This document shows, one piece after another, positions 28,850-38,702 of a stretch of 64,000 bases of DNA. How positions within the stretch are numbered: position 1 is the stretch's first letter; each line of letters opens with the position of its first letter. The stretch comes from Verrucomicrobiales bacterium. GTDB taxonomy: Bacteria > Verrucomicrobiota > Verrucomicrobiia > Limisphaerales > UBA1100. The translations under genes and the position numbers were made by a program. The notes below the pieces were generated by a model. The model made no database searches. It was not told where the DNA came from and saw nothing but the letters and a program-made list of their open reading frames with translations. The stretch covers positions 555 to 64,554 of the forward strand of contig SYLI01000048.1 of assembly GCA_005809105.1 (NCBI GenBank). The letters run 5' to 3'.

Positions 28850-31501
28850 CTATTTGAAATCGCCCAAGGCCTTGAGGGTCTCGTCCAGCGTGTACTTGAT
28901 ATAGTAGTCGGGCTTGGCGGGATCGGCTTCTTTTTCCAGCGCCTCCAACGCCACCTCGGCCGCGGCACTGGTCTTGAAGAAGCTGCAGGCGCGGATGGCT
29001 TCCAGGCGCACGCGGGGATGCGCGTCGGTGGCCTGCACGCGCAACAGCGCCAGCGGCTCGGCCACGCGGTCGCGCCAGTAGCAAAGCACGCGCGTGGCGG
29101 CGGCGCGCGCGTTGTGGTCGGGCGAGCGCAGCATCTGCCGGAGCAGGGGCTCGTTCACCACGTTGTGCCATTGGTGAACCCAGAGCGCCTCCATCAGGTG
29201 GTGCTGGTAGGCGGCCTCGGTTTTGTCCAAGGCAGCGGCCCATTTCTTCGCGGCGGCCACCACCTTGGCGCTGTCATGCTTGCCCAGCTCGATCTTGGCG
29301 CGGGTGCGCACATCATCTTCAGGCGTCTTCAACGCCTCCAGAAGCGCCTCGATGGGCTCGCCGTCAATCTTCACGGGCTTGAGCAGCGGCCGGCTAGGGA
29401 AGGTGATGCGGTAGATGCGCCCGTGGGTCTTGTCGCGGTGCGGGTCGCGGATGTGATGCTGCATGTGGCCGATGAGTTCCTTGGCCCAGTCGCAGAAGTA
29501 GAGCGAGCCGTCGGGCGCGACGGTCGCGCAGATGGGGCGGAAGTTCGGGATCACCGCGTTGTCGCCCTGCAGAAGGTTCTCGACGGAGTCACCCTTGAGG
29601 CCCGCACCGTCTTCGGAGATTTTCGCGCGGAAGATTCCCTGGAAGCCGATGACGTTGAGGTTGAGGAAATTTCCCTGAAACTCCTCGGGGAAATGGCGGG
29701 TTGAAAGGATGGCGGTGGCGGGGCACGGGCGCGAGGGGTTCTTCCAGAATTGTTTCAAGCCGCCGTGCTTCTTGGGCTCGGGAAGGAACCCGCTGAACGC
29801 GGGCCCAAAGTAGTTGGCGTTGCCGGTGGCGTCGGTGATGATGTCGGTGCCCCAGTAGTTGAACACGCGGCCGTGCGGATTGGCGAAGCCGTAGGCGACG
29901 TAGCGCTCAAACTTGTGGGTCGAAGGCTCGTACCGGTAGATGCAGCCATCACTGTTGCGCACCGGGCCGGCGGGGGTCTCCACCTGCGTGCGGTGAAACA
30001 CGCCGTCACTCAGGTACGTGGCGCCGCCGGGCTCGTACGCCATGGCATTGGTGGTGTGATGGCTGTCGGCCGAATCCATCCCCATGAGCACGCGCTCCTT
30101 CCAGTCCGCCTTGCCGTCGCCGTCGGTGTCGCGCACATACCACAGGTCGGGTGCCTGCATCAGCAGCACGCCGTCCTTGTAAAACTGAAACCCGGTGGGG
30201 CAGTTGAGTCCGTCCATGAAGGTGGTGGATTTGACAACCCGTCCCTGCGCGTCCAGATCGAACACGAGCAGCTTGTCAAACACCTTGTCGGTGGGGCGCA
30301 GTTCCGGATAGCTGGGCCACACCGCCACCCAAAGCCGCCCCTTGGTGTCGAAGGCCATCTGCACCGGGCTTGCCAGCGCGGGATGCGATTGCTCGCTGGC
30401 CACCAGCGATACCTTGCAGCCCTTGGCCACCGTCACGTGCTTGAGGGTCTCCTCTCCGCTGAGGAAGGGTTTGATGTCCGGCTTGTTCGAGGCCGGCAGG
30501 AGGCGGACGGCCGGCAGATTGGAGTCGTCCACCTTGAGATCGCCGCCGCGCGCCACCGCCCACACGCGCCGGTCGCGGTTCTCCGTCTTCACATCGCGCT
30601 GCCGCATCTCATCCTGCATCGTCTGGTAGTTGGAGAGGTAGGGTTCCTTCGGCTCGCGCTCGCCCTGCTTGAACCCCGCCTTGCCCGGCGTGAACGCCAG
30701 CCCGCTGCGCCCTCCGTACACATTATATCCGTCCACCGTCCGGTAGCGCGCGTGCCACTCCTTGTTCTTGTCCAGAACGGCTGCGCGGAGCTTCTCCAGC
30801 CCGCCCGCTTCGGGCGCAGCCTGGCCCATGAGGGCGCGGAAAATCTCCGGTGAGAGCGCGCGGTCTCCGGCCTCCGTGAGGTGAATGGTGTTTAATGTCA
30901 GCGGTGTGCTAGCCTTGGCAAAGGCGGCCTTGGAGATGGCAAAGAGGTCCACGAAGGGCACCTGATGCGCCTTCGCCACCTCGCTCATCACGGAAGCGTA
31001 CAGGCCCAGCGCGACGTTGCGGGCTTGCGTCGGCGGCTGGTTGGGGTCGGAGAGTGATTCCGCGGCCAGAGGCGAGAAGAGCACGAGGCGCGGCGCCGCT
31101 TGGCCGTTGTACTTGGCCGCCTGCGTGTCCTTGATGAACTTTTCCAGGTCCGCCTTGAACTTGGGCAACCCCGCTTCGCCTCGGAAGGACTCGTTGAAGC
31201 CGTAGAACGCCAGGATGACATCCGCCTTCACCTGAGCCAGCCACTGTTCGCGGCTGCCAAAGTTTTCCGAGCGATGCCACGTCGCCACTTCGTCGCCGCT
31301 GGAACCGAGGTTGCGAAACACCAGGTTGAGTTGGGGTTGGTGCGCCACGAGGAGCGTTTCGAGCCATCCGTGGTGCTGCATGCGGTCGGGCAGCGCACCT
31401 CCAAGCAGGCAAAGGCGATCACCTTGCCGAAGTTCAAGCGGGGCGGCTGCTGCCGTGAAGGCGTGCAGGGCGGTCAGGCAAAAAAGGACGAGTGGTTTCA
31501 T
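28850..31501 (-). CDS. SGNH-like / 'membrane-bound dehydrogenase' beta-propeller / HEAT-repeat protein
   Basis: 883 aa with a signal peptide. SGNH-like blocks (RNLGSSGDEV, AFYGFNES), although block I reads LLGGAL rather than GDS. The propeller region resembles PVC sorbosone-dehydrogenase-like domains. C-terminal HEAT repeats. Confidence 0.7.
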   Translation of the reverse strand: MKPLVLFCLTALHAFTAAAAPLELRQGDRLCLLGGALPDRMQHHGWLETLLVAHQPQLNLVFRNLGSSGDEVATWHRSENFGSREQWLAQVKADVILAFYGFNESFRGEAGLPKFKADLEKFIKDTQAAKYNGQAAPRLVLFSPLAAESLSDPNQPPTQARNVALGLYASVMSEVAKAHQVPFVDLFAISKAAFAKASTPLTLNTIHLTEAGDRALSPEIFRALMGQAAPEAGGLEKLRAAVLDKNKEWHARYRTVDGYNVYGGRSGLAFTPGKAGFKQGEREPKEPYLSNYQTMQDEMRQRDVKTENRDRRVWAVARGGDLKVDDSNLPAVRLLPASNKPDIKPFLSGEETLKHVTVAKGCKVSLVASEQSHPALASPVQMAFDTKGRLWVAVWPSYPELRPTDKVFDKLLVFDLDAQGRVVKSTTFMDGLNCPTGFQFYKDGVLLMQAPDLWYVRDTDGDGKADWKERVLMGMDSADSHHTTNAMAYEPGGATYLSDGVFHRTQVETPAGPVRNSDGCIYRYEPSTHKFERYVAYGFANPHGRVFNYWGTDIITDATGNANYFGPAFSGFLPEPKKHGGLKQFWKNPSRPCPATAILSTRHFPEEFQGNFLNLNVIGFQGIFRAKISEDGAGLKGDSVENLLQGDNAVIPNFRPICATVAPDGSLYFCDWAKELIGHMQHHIRDPHRDKTHGRIYRITFPSRPLLKPVKIDGEPIEALLEALKTPEDDVRTRAKIELGKHDSAKVVAAAKKWAAALDKTEAAYQHHLMEALWVHQWHNVVNEPLLRQMLRSPDHNARAAATRVLCYWRDRVAEPLALLRVQATDAHPRVRLEAIRACSFFKTSAAAEVALEALEKEADPAKPDYYIKYTLDETLKALGDFK

Positions 31502-31574
31502 GGGGTGTCGAGGGCAATTCCAATCCCTGTTTGCGCCCTCGCGCGCAAGTTAATTCTGTGCCCGTGGTCGCGGG

Positions 31575-32117
31575 CTACTTCCCGTACTCGTCGTTGAGAC
31601 GATACCGGATGGTGACCTTGATTTCGTAAGGCGCGTCGCCATGGCGGGCGCCGATCACGCCCGGTTCGTCCGCGGGCACGGCATTGCCCAGCCCGGGCCT
31701 GCGTCCTTCCGTGATCTTCGCCGGCTCGCGCGGCAGAAACAGCAGCGTCTCCACGATGTCGCCGAAGGGCGCCTGCCAGCCTTTGAGGTGGGTCTTGCCT
31801 TCCATCGGCACCCCGTTGGGAAACCAGCCATACACCTTGCCTTCCACAAGCTTGGCTCCGCCGACGAGTTGCTGGTTTGAAAACACCTCGTTGATGATGA
31901 GGGGCGTCGTGCCGGCATTCCGGATGAAATGCCGCGTGGAGTTGCCGTCCACCACCTCGCGCACGGTGACGCCCGGGGGCAGCGACTTGGCGTCCACCTC
32001 CATCCTGTACGCGTAGCGCGATGGGGGCGGCGCGGGCTTTCTTTGCGCGGGCAGCCACGAAGGCAGGAGGCAGAGGCTTGCCAGAAGGATGGCGGCAGCG
32101 CGATGACCCCGATTCAT
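31575..32117 (-). CDS. hypothetical secreted protein
   Basis: ATG 32117 gives the signal peptide MNRGHRAAAILLASLCLLPSWLPA. 180 aa. No family recognised. Confidence 0.45.
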   Translation of the reverse strand: MNRGHRAAAILLASLCLLPSWLPAQRKPAPPPSRYAYRMEVDAKSLPPGVTVREVVDGNSTRHFIRNAGTTPLIINEVFSNQQLVGGAKLVEGKVYGWFPNGVPMEGKTHLKGWQAPFGDIVETLLFLPREPAKITEGRRPGLGNAVPADEPGVIGARHGDAPYEIKVTIRYRLNDEYGK

Positions 32118-32173
32118 GCGAGAGTAGACGGACTCGCCGTGAGGATTGCTCCCTTCCATCCTGCAGGGGGCGC

Positions 32174-33199
32174 TCACTGTCTCAAGGCGCCGGAACGATT
32201 CTTCCCATTGAGTTCGACGGCCGGGTCGTCGGACACGTGCACCCACACGTGTACGTGAGGCGCACCGCGCCAGTGCCAGACAAAGGCCGGGCCCTCCAAA
32301 CGCCAGTTGTCCCAGATGCCATCGCCGCCCAAATCGTCGGCCCGGTAGAAGCAGACGTGACACCGGTCCAGCCCGCCCTGTTTCCTAAGCGCAGCGACGG
32401 CCTCATCGACGTCACTCTGGCGGAAGGGCTCCAGCAGCAGGCGCAGCACCTTCTGAAGATGCTCCTTCTGATCGCGCGCCAGATCGGCCACCGCCACGCC
32501 TGAGAACTTTCCCTTGGGGCCGCGGAAGGCGACTTCGCCCTCGTCGGGAGCCGCCGCCAGAAGCGCCTGCTCTCGCAGTTTGCCATCCAGCATGCGGTAC
32601 AGATGGTTCGCCTCGAGCGCTTGATGCCAGAACACGTTGTCGGGATGACCGGGCTTTTCAAAGTAGCCGCTGGAGCCTTCGTGGCCATACATGATGGGGC
32701 CGCCAAAGGCCACATGATCCGCCGAGTTGCCGTCGCAGCGGATGGTGCCATGCCGGCCCGTCAGCACGAACTCGAAGGGCCCTCCGCCGGGTGTGCCGAA
32801 AATGGCAATGCCCTGTCGCAGGCCCCAGCCTCCCAGGTCGTCCTTAAACTGCTGGTCAAACCTGGCGACCCAGTCCGGGTTCACCAGCCCCTTCCACACC
32901 TCGCGGATGAGCGCCTGCTGTGTGGCGGTGTAAAAATTGCTGGCAATCGCCTGCGGCGTGATGCGCCAGTTGTTGGAGATGTGCGTGCGCAAAAGGCCGT
33001 TGGCAGACTTGTGATCCCACGGGAAACACACGGCCTTGCGTTGCTTCTCATCCAGCGAATCGTAGAGGCGCTTGACCAGCGTTTCAGACCGGGTCGGCGC
33101 GAGCGCCGCAGCCGCCACGGCGGGCGCGGAAACGGCCGCCGCGGCCAGGGCGCCGGTCGAAGCCAGAAAATCACGGCGGGTGGTGGAGGTGGTGTTCAT
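32174..33199 (-). CDS. DUF3500-like protein with TAT signal
   Basis: ATG 33199 gives MNTTSTTRRDFLASTGALAAAAV. LDEKQRKAVCFPWD and IAIFGTPGGGPFEFVLTGRHGTIRC resemble the DUF3500 pattern (..FGePs..WgWrfeGHHlSl). Tentative. Confidence 0.55.
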   Translation of the reverse strand: MNTTSTTRRDFLASTGALAAAAVSAPAVAAAALAPTRSETLVKRLYDSLDEKQRKAVCFPWDHKSANGLLRTHISNNWRITPQAIASNFYTATQQALIREVWKGLVNPDWVARFDQQFKDDLGGWGLRQGIAIFGTPGGGPFEFVLTGRHGTIRCDGNSADHVAFGGPIMYGHEGSSGYFEKPGHPDNVFWHQALEANHLYRMLDGKLREQALLAAAPDEGEVAFRGPKGKFSGVAVADLARDQKEHLQKVLRLLLEPFRQSDVDEAVAALRKQGGLDRCHVCFYRADDLGGDGIWDNWRLEGPAFVWHWRGAPHVHVWVHVSDDPAVELNGKNRSGALRQ

Positions 33200-33269
33200 G
33201 TCTTTGAGAGGGTTCGACTGCATCCTACCCACCTTGGCGGCGGGCGCAATCCGATTCGGGCAAGCGCGA

Positions 33270-35528
33270 TCAGGGCGCGGCGAGCTGGCGCGCGAGCCAT
33301 GCGCCCGCACTCGTCGCAGCTTCATCGGCCTGCTGCCGCTGATTGAGTGCGTTGACCACACCCGTCTGCCTGAGTGGGCGCGGCGCCAAGGCTTTGGCGA
33401 GGTCGGGCGTGTCGCACACCCGGAGCAGTCCGGGAACGATGGCGTCGTGAGGCACGAGGAGCATCGGGTGTTTAAGCACGGCAGTAAAGTCCGCCAGCCC
33501 TCCGTGCGTGTGAAGGGCGCGCACCTCCGGCTCAAAGAGCGCGGTGAGCATCGCCAGCAACGCGGCGCCGGGGTCTGATTGCCGGGGCATGTTGGCGACG
33601 CGTCGGGGAGTGAGCGTGGGCGCGCCCGGGGCATTGGGCTCGGCCAGTGAATCGCCCCACAGGGCCATGCGGCGAGTGTCCACATCGCTGCGAGCGCGCA
33701 GCCATGCCAGTACGGCGCGCGCATCGCGCAGCCGGGCACCCATCACGGTATCACCCAGCATGGTGGTGGTGGCGCAATGAGCCGCATCCGCGCCCTCGGG
33801 CCCGCGGTCGGTGCCCGCGCGCGTCTCGCCGGTGCCCCGCAGATCGGCGAGGCAAACCATGACGCCTTCGCCCAGCAAGGCTGCCAGATCGCCGGCGCGC
33901 CTGTGCAAGAATCCCGCCTTGCCTTCCTGCGAGAAGGCCAGCACCACGGGCCGGCGCGCCGTGCCGGCTTTGGGCAAGATCAGCATCAGCGGCACCTCGA
34001 TGCCCGCCTCGGTGCGCAGCGCCAGCCGTTCGACACGGAGCGCGCCGACAGACTCGACGACCTTTTGCAGCGCGGGGGCGGCACCCGGTTTGGGCTCCAC
34101 ACCGCCTAGAAGTGGCGGCAGCGCAGCACGTAATCCGGCCGCATCGAGTGGCACCCGGCCGCGCGGCGGTGAGACGAGGACGGGCAGCAGTTCCACCAGT
34201 CGCTTGGGCGCGAGCGTGCGAACTAGGTCAGCGTTCCAGTAGCGCAGCGACTGCTCCGGGAGCGGCTTGCTGAATTCCTGGGCGCCGATGCCCCACCAGC
34301 GGTTGAAGGCGGCGTGGATGCCCTCGCGATGGGGCCGGCCGATGTGGGTGCAATGGGTGGCTTCGGGCGCATTGCCGCGCAGTTCCCCGCGCCCGTGGGT
34401 GAACGCGAGCCGGTCGGGAGTTTCGCAAAAGCCGTGGATGGATTGCAGCCGCTTCCAGACGGGGTCGCGTTCGCGGTGCCAGCTAAATTCGTGTGCGTAG
34501 ACGAGCCGGCGAGGGGCGATGGCCCCCACGATGACCCACGGCAGGAAACCTCCGCTCGCCGAGAGGCGAAGGTTGCGCGTGGATTCCCAACTGCCGCTGC
34601 CGGCGTAGTTGAAGGTGGTCTCGATGTCCTCGGGCAGCGGGAATCGCGTTTCGGGCTGCGGCCCGCCAAAGTTGAAGGCCACGGCGCAGGCGACGCGCTC
34701 ATCGAGCGCCGCGGCCACGGCCACGGGGTCGCCTCCGCCCGCGACCGATCCGAGCAATACGATGCGGTCTTGCGCGATCCCCGGCAGCGTCAGCAGCAGA
34801 TCCACGCCGCGGCGCAGGTCGTTCACGATCCAACCCATGAGGCTCTCGCCCGCCAGGTGCAGGTGCACGCCCGTGTCGTAGCGGAAATAATAATCCTGGC
34901 GGCTGGGCCGAAACTCGCCCGCGAAGTCCTGGGCGGTGGCGAAGGGATGCTGGCGCCGTTCGCCGTGGCCAAGAAGATCGGGCACCAGCACCGCGCAACC
35001 GGCGCGCGCCCAGGTCATCCCCATGTCCTGCAGCTCGCTGTGTTCCTTGGGCCGGTGATGACTGTGGCAGAGGATGAGGCCGGGCATGCCTCGGGCAACG
35101 TCACGCGCGGGCAGGTACAGGTTGGCCGAGACCCAAAGCCCGGGACGGCTCTCATACACCAGCGTGCGGATGCGGCATTGGTGGACAGTCTGTTCATCGC
35201 CGACGCGCACCGCCAGCGGAGCAGGCGGCAGCGGCGTGCCCAAGGACGCGCGCAGCCGTTGCATACGCTCGCTCGAAAACGCCTCCCAGCCCGCACGGGT
35301 TTGGATGGAACGCCAGTCGGCGCTGCTGCGCGCATTGGCCTGTGCCAGCCGCTGGCGCAACTGTGCGCCCACCATGCCCGTGAGGCGCTCGCGGTCGGCG
35401 GGTGCGAACACGTCCGGGGGAATTTCGCGAATGGCCTGTTCAAGCGCGCCATCGGGCGCGGCGTATCCAAGGGAGATGGTGAGCGCGGTGACGAGGAGAA
35501 CCGCCGGGAGGCCAAGACGCGGGAGCAT
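33270..35528 (-). CDS. secreted protein with two tandem alpha/beta-hydrolase (acetyl-xylan-esterase/dienelactone-hydrolase-like) halves
   Basis: Signal peptide from ATG 35528. First half: LILCHSHH...LLGSVAGGG. Second half: VVLAFSQEGKAG...ALWGDSLA. Confidence 0.65.
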   Translation of the reverse strand: MLPRLGLPAVLLVTALTISLGYAAPDGALEQAIREIPPDVFAPADRERLTGMVGAQLRQRLAQANARSSADWRSIQTRAGWEAFSSERMQRLRASLGTPLPPAPLAVRVGDEQTVHQCRIRTLVYESRPGLWVSANLYLPARDVARGMPGLILCHSHHRPKEHSELQDMGMTWARAGCAVLVPDLLGHGERRQHPFATAQDFAGEFRPSRQDYYFRYDTGVHLHLAGESLMGWIVNDLRRGVDLLLTLPGIAQDRIVLLGSVAGGGDPVAVAAALDERVACAVAFNFGGPQPETRFPLPEDIETTFNYAGSGSWESTRNLRLSASGGFLPWVIVGAIAPRRLVYAHEFSWHRERDPVWKRLQSIHGFCETPDRLAFTHGRGELRGNAPEATHCTHIGRPHREGIHAAFNRWWGIGAQEFSKPLPEQSLRYWNADLVRTLAPKRLVELLPVLVSPPRGRVPLDAAGLRAALPPLLGGVEPKPGAAPALQKVVESVGALRVERLALRTEAGIEVPLMLILPKAGTARRPVVLAFSQEGKAGFLHRRAGDLAALLGEGVMVCLADLRGTGETRAGTDRGPEGADAAHCATTTMLGDTVMGARLRDARAVLAWLRARSDVDTRRMALWGDSLAEPNAPGAPTLTPRRVANMPRQSDPGAALLAMLTALFEPEVRALHTHGGLADFTAVLKHPMLLVPHDAIVPGLLRVCDTPDLAKALAPRPLRQTGVVNALNQRQQADEAATSAGAWLARQLAAP

Positions 35529-35559
35529 CTGGCCATTGCGACAGAGCCCGCGGGGCGCG

Positions 35560-35754
35560 TCAACGCGATTGGGGCGCGGGCAGGGCGTTGGTGAACATCG
35601 GTGGCGGCGCGCCCTTGAGGTTGGCCGGTGGCTTGGCGCCAGCGTCCGGAGCAAAGGCCGGTGTTGAGGGTGTGCCCCGGCCGAAGGCGAAAAGCAGCGC
35701 GATGCCGCCCATCATGCCCAGTGTGACCAGCACGTCTTTTTGCCTGGCGGTCAC
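35560..35754 (-). CDS. possible small single-TM protein
   Basis: 64-aa ORF with a GTG start 3 nt after the upstream DUF1501 stop. TM VLVTLGMMGGIALLFAF followed by a Pro/Ala tail. No homology recognised. Confidence 0.3.
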   Translation of the reverse strand: MTARQKDVLVTLGMMGGIALLFAFGRGTPSTPAFAPDAGAKPPANLKGAPPPMFTNALPAPQSR

Positions 35755-35757
35755 GCC

Positions 35758-37143
35758 CTAAAGCAGCTGCTGAATGGGCGCGGCGCCGTTAATGAGCTGG
35801 GTGACCTCCGGCGGAAGTCCCGTCATGGCCCGCAGCGCGCCGGTGTCCAGCAGCGACTCCATCAGGGTTGCGTAGAGATTGGGAATCGTCACGCGGTCGC
35901 TGGCGGGCTCGCCGCCATCCCGTGTGGAGCTGCCGACCACCCGGCCCATCTGGAGGCCGCCGCCATAGAGCAGGAGCGGCGCGCTTCCACCCCAGTGGTC
36001 GCGCCCGCCGTTGCGGTTGACACGCGGGGTGCGGCCCATCTCGCCGCAGCAGACCAGCAGCACCCGGTCGCGCAGGCCGCGCTGTTCCAGGTCTTCGATG
36101 AAGGCGCTCACGGCGTGGTCAAAGGGCCGGCCCACGTAGTCCATGCCCTCGGTCATGGTGGCGTTGTTGGAGTCGGCGTGCATGTCCCACACGAAGTCGG
36201 TGGTCACGGTGACAAAGCCCGCGCCGCGCTCCACCAGCCGCCGGGCCAGCAACATCAACCGGCCGAGGTTCTGCGCGTGGCTCGCGTAGCGCTTGTGATT
36301 GTTCCAGCGTTTGCTGATGCGGCTCAGGTCGTAGAGGCGCGACGTGTCGTAGCGCCCCAGAACGGCCGCCGATTCCCTGCCCAGATCAAACGCCTCGGCG
36401 ATGCCGCCGGAGAGCGTGCCAAACGCCTGCGCCTGGAATTGGTCCAGGCCTTCGGTCGCGCCGGTGGATTCGACCGTGCGCCGGAATTGGTCAAGCCCAG
36501 CCAGCAGCGCGCGCCGGTCGCCCATGCGCCCGGAAGAGATGGCCAGATCCATGTCGCGACGCAGGTCGCTTTTTCCGCTGGGCTGGAAGGGCGCGTGCGC
36601 CGGGCCCAGCGGGCCGGAAACGTCGAAGCGGCCCAGCGACATGATGGGATCGTCGGCCGTGGCGTTGACGGACTGCGGATGCAGCCAGATGTTGCGCGGC
36701 ATTCCCGTGTGGGGGTTGCTGGCGCCGGCGATACGGCTGTAATGGGCGCCCAGATGCGCGCCGGCGCTGTGGCGGCTGACCACGGGCTTGGAGTCGTGGT
36801 CGCCGCTCTCCGTGGTGAACGACCGGACGATGGAGAACTTGTCATTGAGGCGCGCCAACTTTTCAAACGTGGAGCCGAAGGTGATGCCGGGAAGGCGCGT
36901 GGGGATTTCACCGGTCATGCTGCGGATGCCCGAGGGGGCGCCCATCTTGGGATCGAATGTCTCGGTCTGCGAGGGCCCGCCGTGCATGAAGAGAAACACC
37001 ACGGCCTTGTCCTTCACCACGCCGCCCGCCTTGCGAAGAGCCGCCTGCGCGCGCAGCAACTGGGGCAGCGCCAGACCGCCCATGGCCAGACTGCCGACGG
37101 AGAGGAATCGCCGGCGCGTTTCGGGATCTTTAAGGTGCAACAT
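35758..37143 (-). CDS. DUF1501 (sulfatase-fold) protein, TAT signal, copy 3 of the tandem set
   Basis: MLHLKDPETRRRFLSVGSLAMGGLALP, VFLFMHGGPSQTETFDPK, CCGEMGRTPRVNRNGGRDHW. Confidence 0.85.
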   Translation of the reverse strand: MLHLKDPETRRRFLSVGSLAMGGLALPQLLRAQAALRKAGGVVKDKAVVFLFMHGGPSQTETFDPKMGAPSGIRSMTGEIPTRLPGITFGSTFEKLARLNDKFSIVRSFTTESGDHDSKPVVSRHSAGAHLGAHYSRIAGASNPHTGMPRNIWLHPQSVNATADDPIMSLGRFDVSGPLGPAHAPFQPSGKSDLRRDMDLAISSGRMGDRRALLAGLDQFRRTVESTGATEGLDQFQAQAFGTLSGGIAEAFDLGRESAAVLGRYDTSRLYDLSRISKRWNNHKRYASHAQNLGRLMLLARRLVERGAGFVTVTTDFVWDMHADSNNATMTEGMDYVGRPFDHAVSAFIEDLEQRGLRDRVLLVCCGEMGRTPRVNRNGGRDHWGGSAPLLLYGGGLQMGRVVGSSTRDGGEPASDRVTIPNLYATLMESLLDTGALRAMTGLPPEVTQLINGAAPIQQLL

Positions 37144-37229
37144 GATTAATCCTATTTGGCGCCATCTTGGACGCCCGCTGCCGGCCCGGTATTGAACGCG
37201 GCCTGCACGGACGCCAGCGCATAAAAAAC

Positions 37230-38702
37230 CTAGACCAACCCGGGGATCGGCGCTCCGTTGTAAAGGGAGTGCGGGCGGCCCGTGCCATCGGTCCACGACG
37301 TTTGTGGCGGCAATCCCAACGACTGGTAAATCGTCGCCGCCAGATTCTCCGGCTTCTGCGCGTCGCTGGCGGGATAGCCGCCGATCTTGTCGCTGGAACC
37401 GATGACGGCGCCGCCCTTTATGCCGCCGCCCGCGAGGAAGACGGACTGCACGGCACCCCAATGGTCGCGCCCCGGCAGTTGGGAGCCGGGGATGGACGAA
37501 ATCTTAGGGGTGCGCCCGAATTCGCCCGCCATCACGATGAGCGTCTGGTCAAGCAGGCCGCGCGACTGGAGATCGTCCAAGAGCGCGCTCACGGCGCGAT
37601 CCATGGGCGGCAGGAGGTAATTCTTGAGATTGGGAAACGCCGACTCGTGGGTGTCCCAGGTTTCGTTGTTGCCCAGATTCACCTGCACCAAGCTCAAGCC
37701 CGCCTCCACCAGCTGCCGCGCCATGAGCAGCGACCAGCCAAAGCTGTTGCGGCCGTAGCGGTCGAGCCAACGAGCCTCCGCCTTGTCCAGACTGAAGGCG
37801 TCGCGCACGCCGGAGTTGCCCAGAAGGGAAAGAGCCCCCGCGCGGTATTTGTCAAAAGTCACATCCGACACGGCGTGGTCGAGCGCGCGAAGCTGGCCTT
37901 CGAGTTCGTTGCGCAGGAGCACACGGTTCATCAGCCGGCCATGCGCCAGACCCTGCGGCAGCACCAGATGCGGTGCGTGGAAGAGCAGGTTCTCATCCTT
38001 CACACTGCCCGTGGAATGGTGGAAGAGATACTCCGGATACGCTCCGTAGTGCCTCGGATGGTAGGGTGCCATTTCCAAAAACCACGGATCCCACTGGCGG
38101 CCCAGCATACCCCCGAACTGCCCCGGGATGACGCGCCCGGTGCTGTGAACGATCTTGTCGGGCAGCACGATGGCCGGCGGCAGGTTGTTGCGCGGCGGCA
38201 ACAGGCGGTTGGCCAGCGCCGCAATGCTGGGCCAGTCGCCGCTCTTGGGTTTGTTGGGGTCAAAACCCTCCGGCAAATCGGTGCGCCCCGTCAGCATCAT
38301 GTGGTGGCCGGCGGAGTGCGCGTTGGAGGGATGGGTGAGCGAGCGCACCACGGCCCATTTCTCCGAGCGCTTCGCCAACTCGGGCAGATGCTCGCAGATG
38401 TGCAGGCCCGGTGTGCGCGTGGCGATGGTGGAAAATTCCCCGCGGATGTCCTGAGGCGCATCGGGCTTGGGATCAAAGCTCTCGTGCTGCGCCAGCCCGC
38501 CGGAAAGAAAGATGTAGATGACGGCGCGTGCCTTGGGAGTGCGCGACGCGCCAGCCTCCTGCAGCGCCGCCAAGTGGTTCATCCCTAATCCCAACAAGCC
38601 CACGGCGCCCGCTTGCACCGCAGCTCGACGGCTGACAGCGCAGTGCGGGTGAGCCAAGGGCAAGGGTTGGGGGGCGGGGGTGCTCACGTGCGGTTCAATC
38701 AA
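37230..38702 (-). CDS. DUF1501 protein, copy 2 of the tandem set
   Basis: IYIFLSGGLAQHESFDPKPDAP, MAGEFGRTPKIS..GRDHW. A TTG start forms a TTGA overlap with the upstream stop; GTG 38687 is the alternative. Confidence 0.85.
   Translation of the reverse strand: MIEPHVSTPAPQPLPLAHPHCAVSRRAAVQAGAVGLLGLGMNHLAALQEAGASRTPKARAVIYIFLSGGLAQHESFDPKPDAPQDIRGEFSTIATRTPGLHICEHLPELAKRSEKWAVVRSLTHPSNAHSAGHHMMLTGRTDLPEGFDPNKPKSGDWPSIAALANRLLPPRNNLPPAIVLPDKIVHSTGRVIPGQFGGMLGRQWDPWFLEMAPYHPRHYGAYPEYLFHHSTGSVKDENLLFHAPHLVLPQGLAHGRLMNRVLLRNELEGQLRALDHAVSDVTFDKYRAGALSLLGNSGVRDAFSLDKAEARWLDRYGRNSFGWSLLMARQLVEAGLSLVQVNLGNNETWDTHESAFPNLKNYLLPPMDRAVSALLDDLQSRGLLDQTLIVMAGEFGRTPKISSIPGSQLPGRDHWGAVQSVFLAGGGIKGGAVIGSSDKIGGYPASDAQKPENLAATIYQSLGLPPQTSWTDGTGRPHSLYNGAPIPGLV

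Noticed and set aside
32117-33739. Upstream extensions of track ORFs 31575..32363 and 32174..33739
   Set aside because: Internal ATGs at 32117 and 33199 yield proper signal/TAT leaders. The extensions overlap neighbouring genes and are Arg/Pro-rich.
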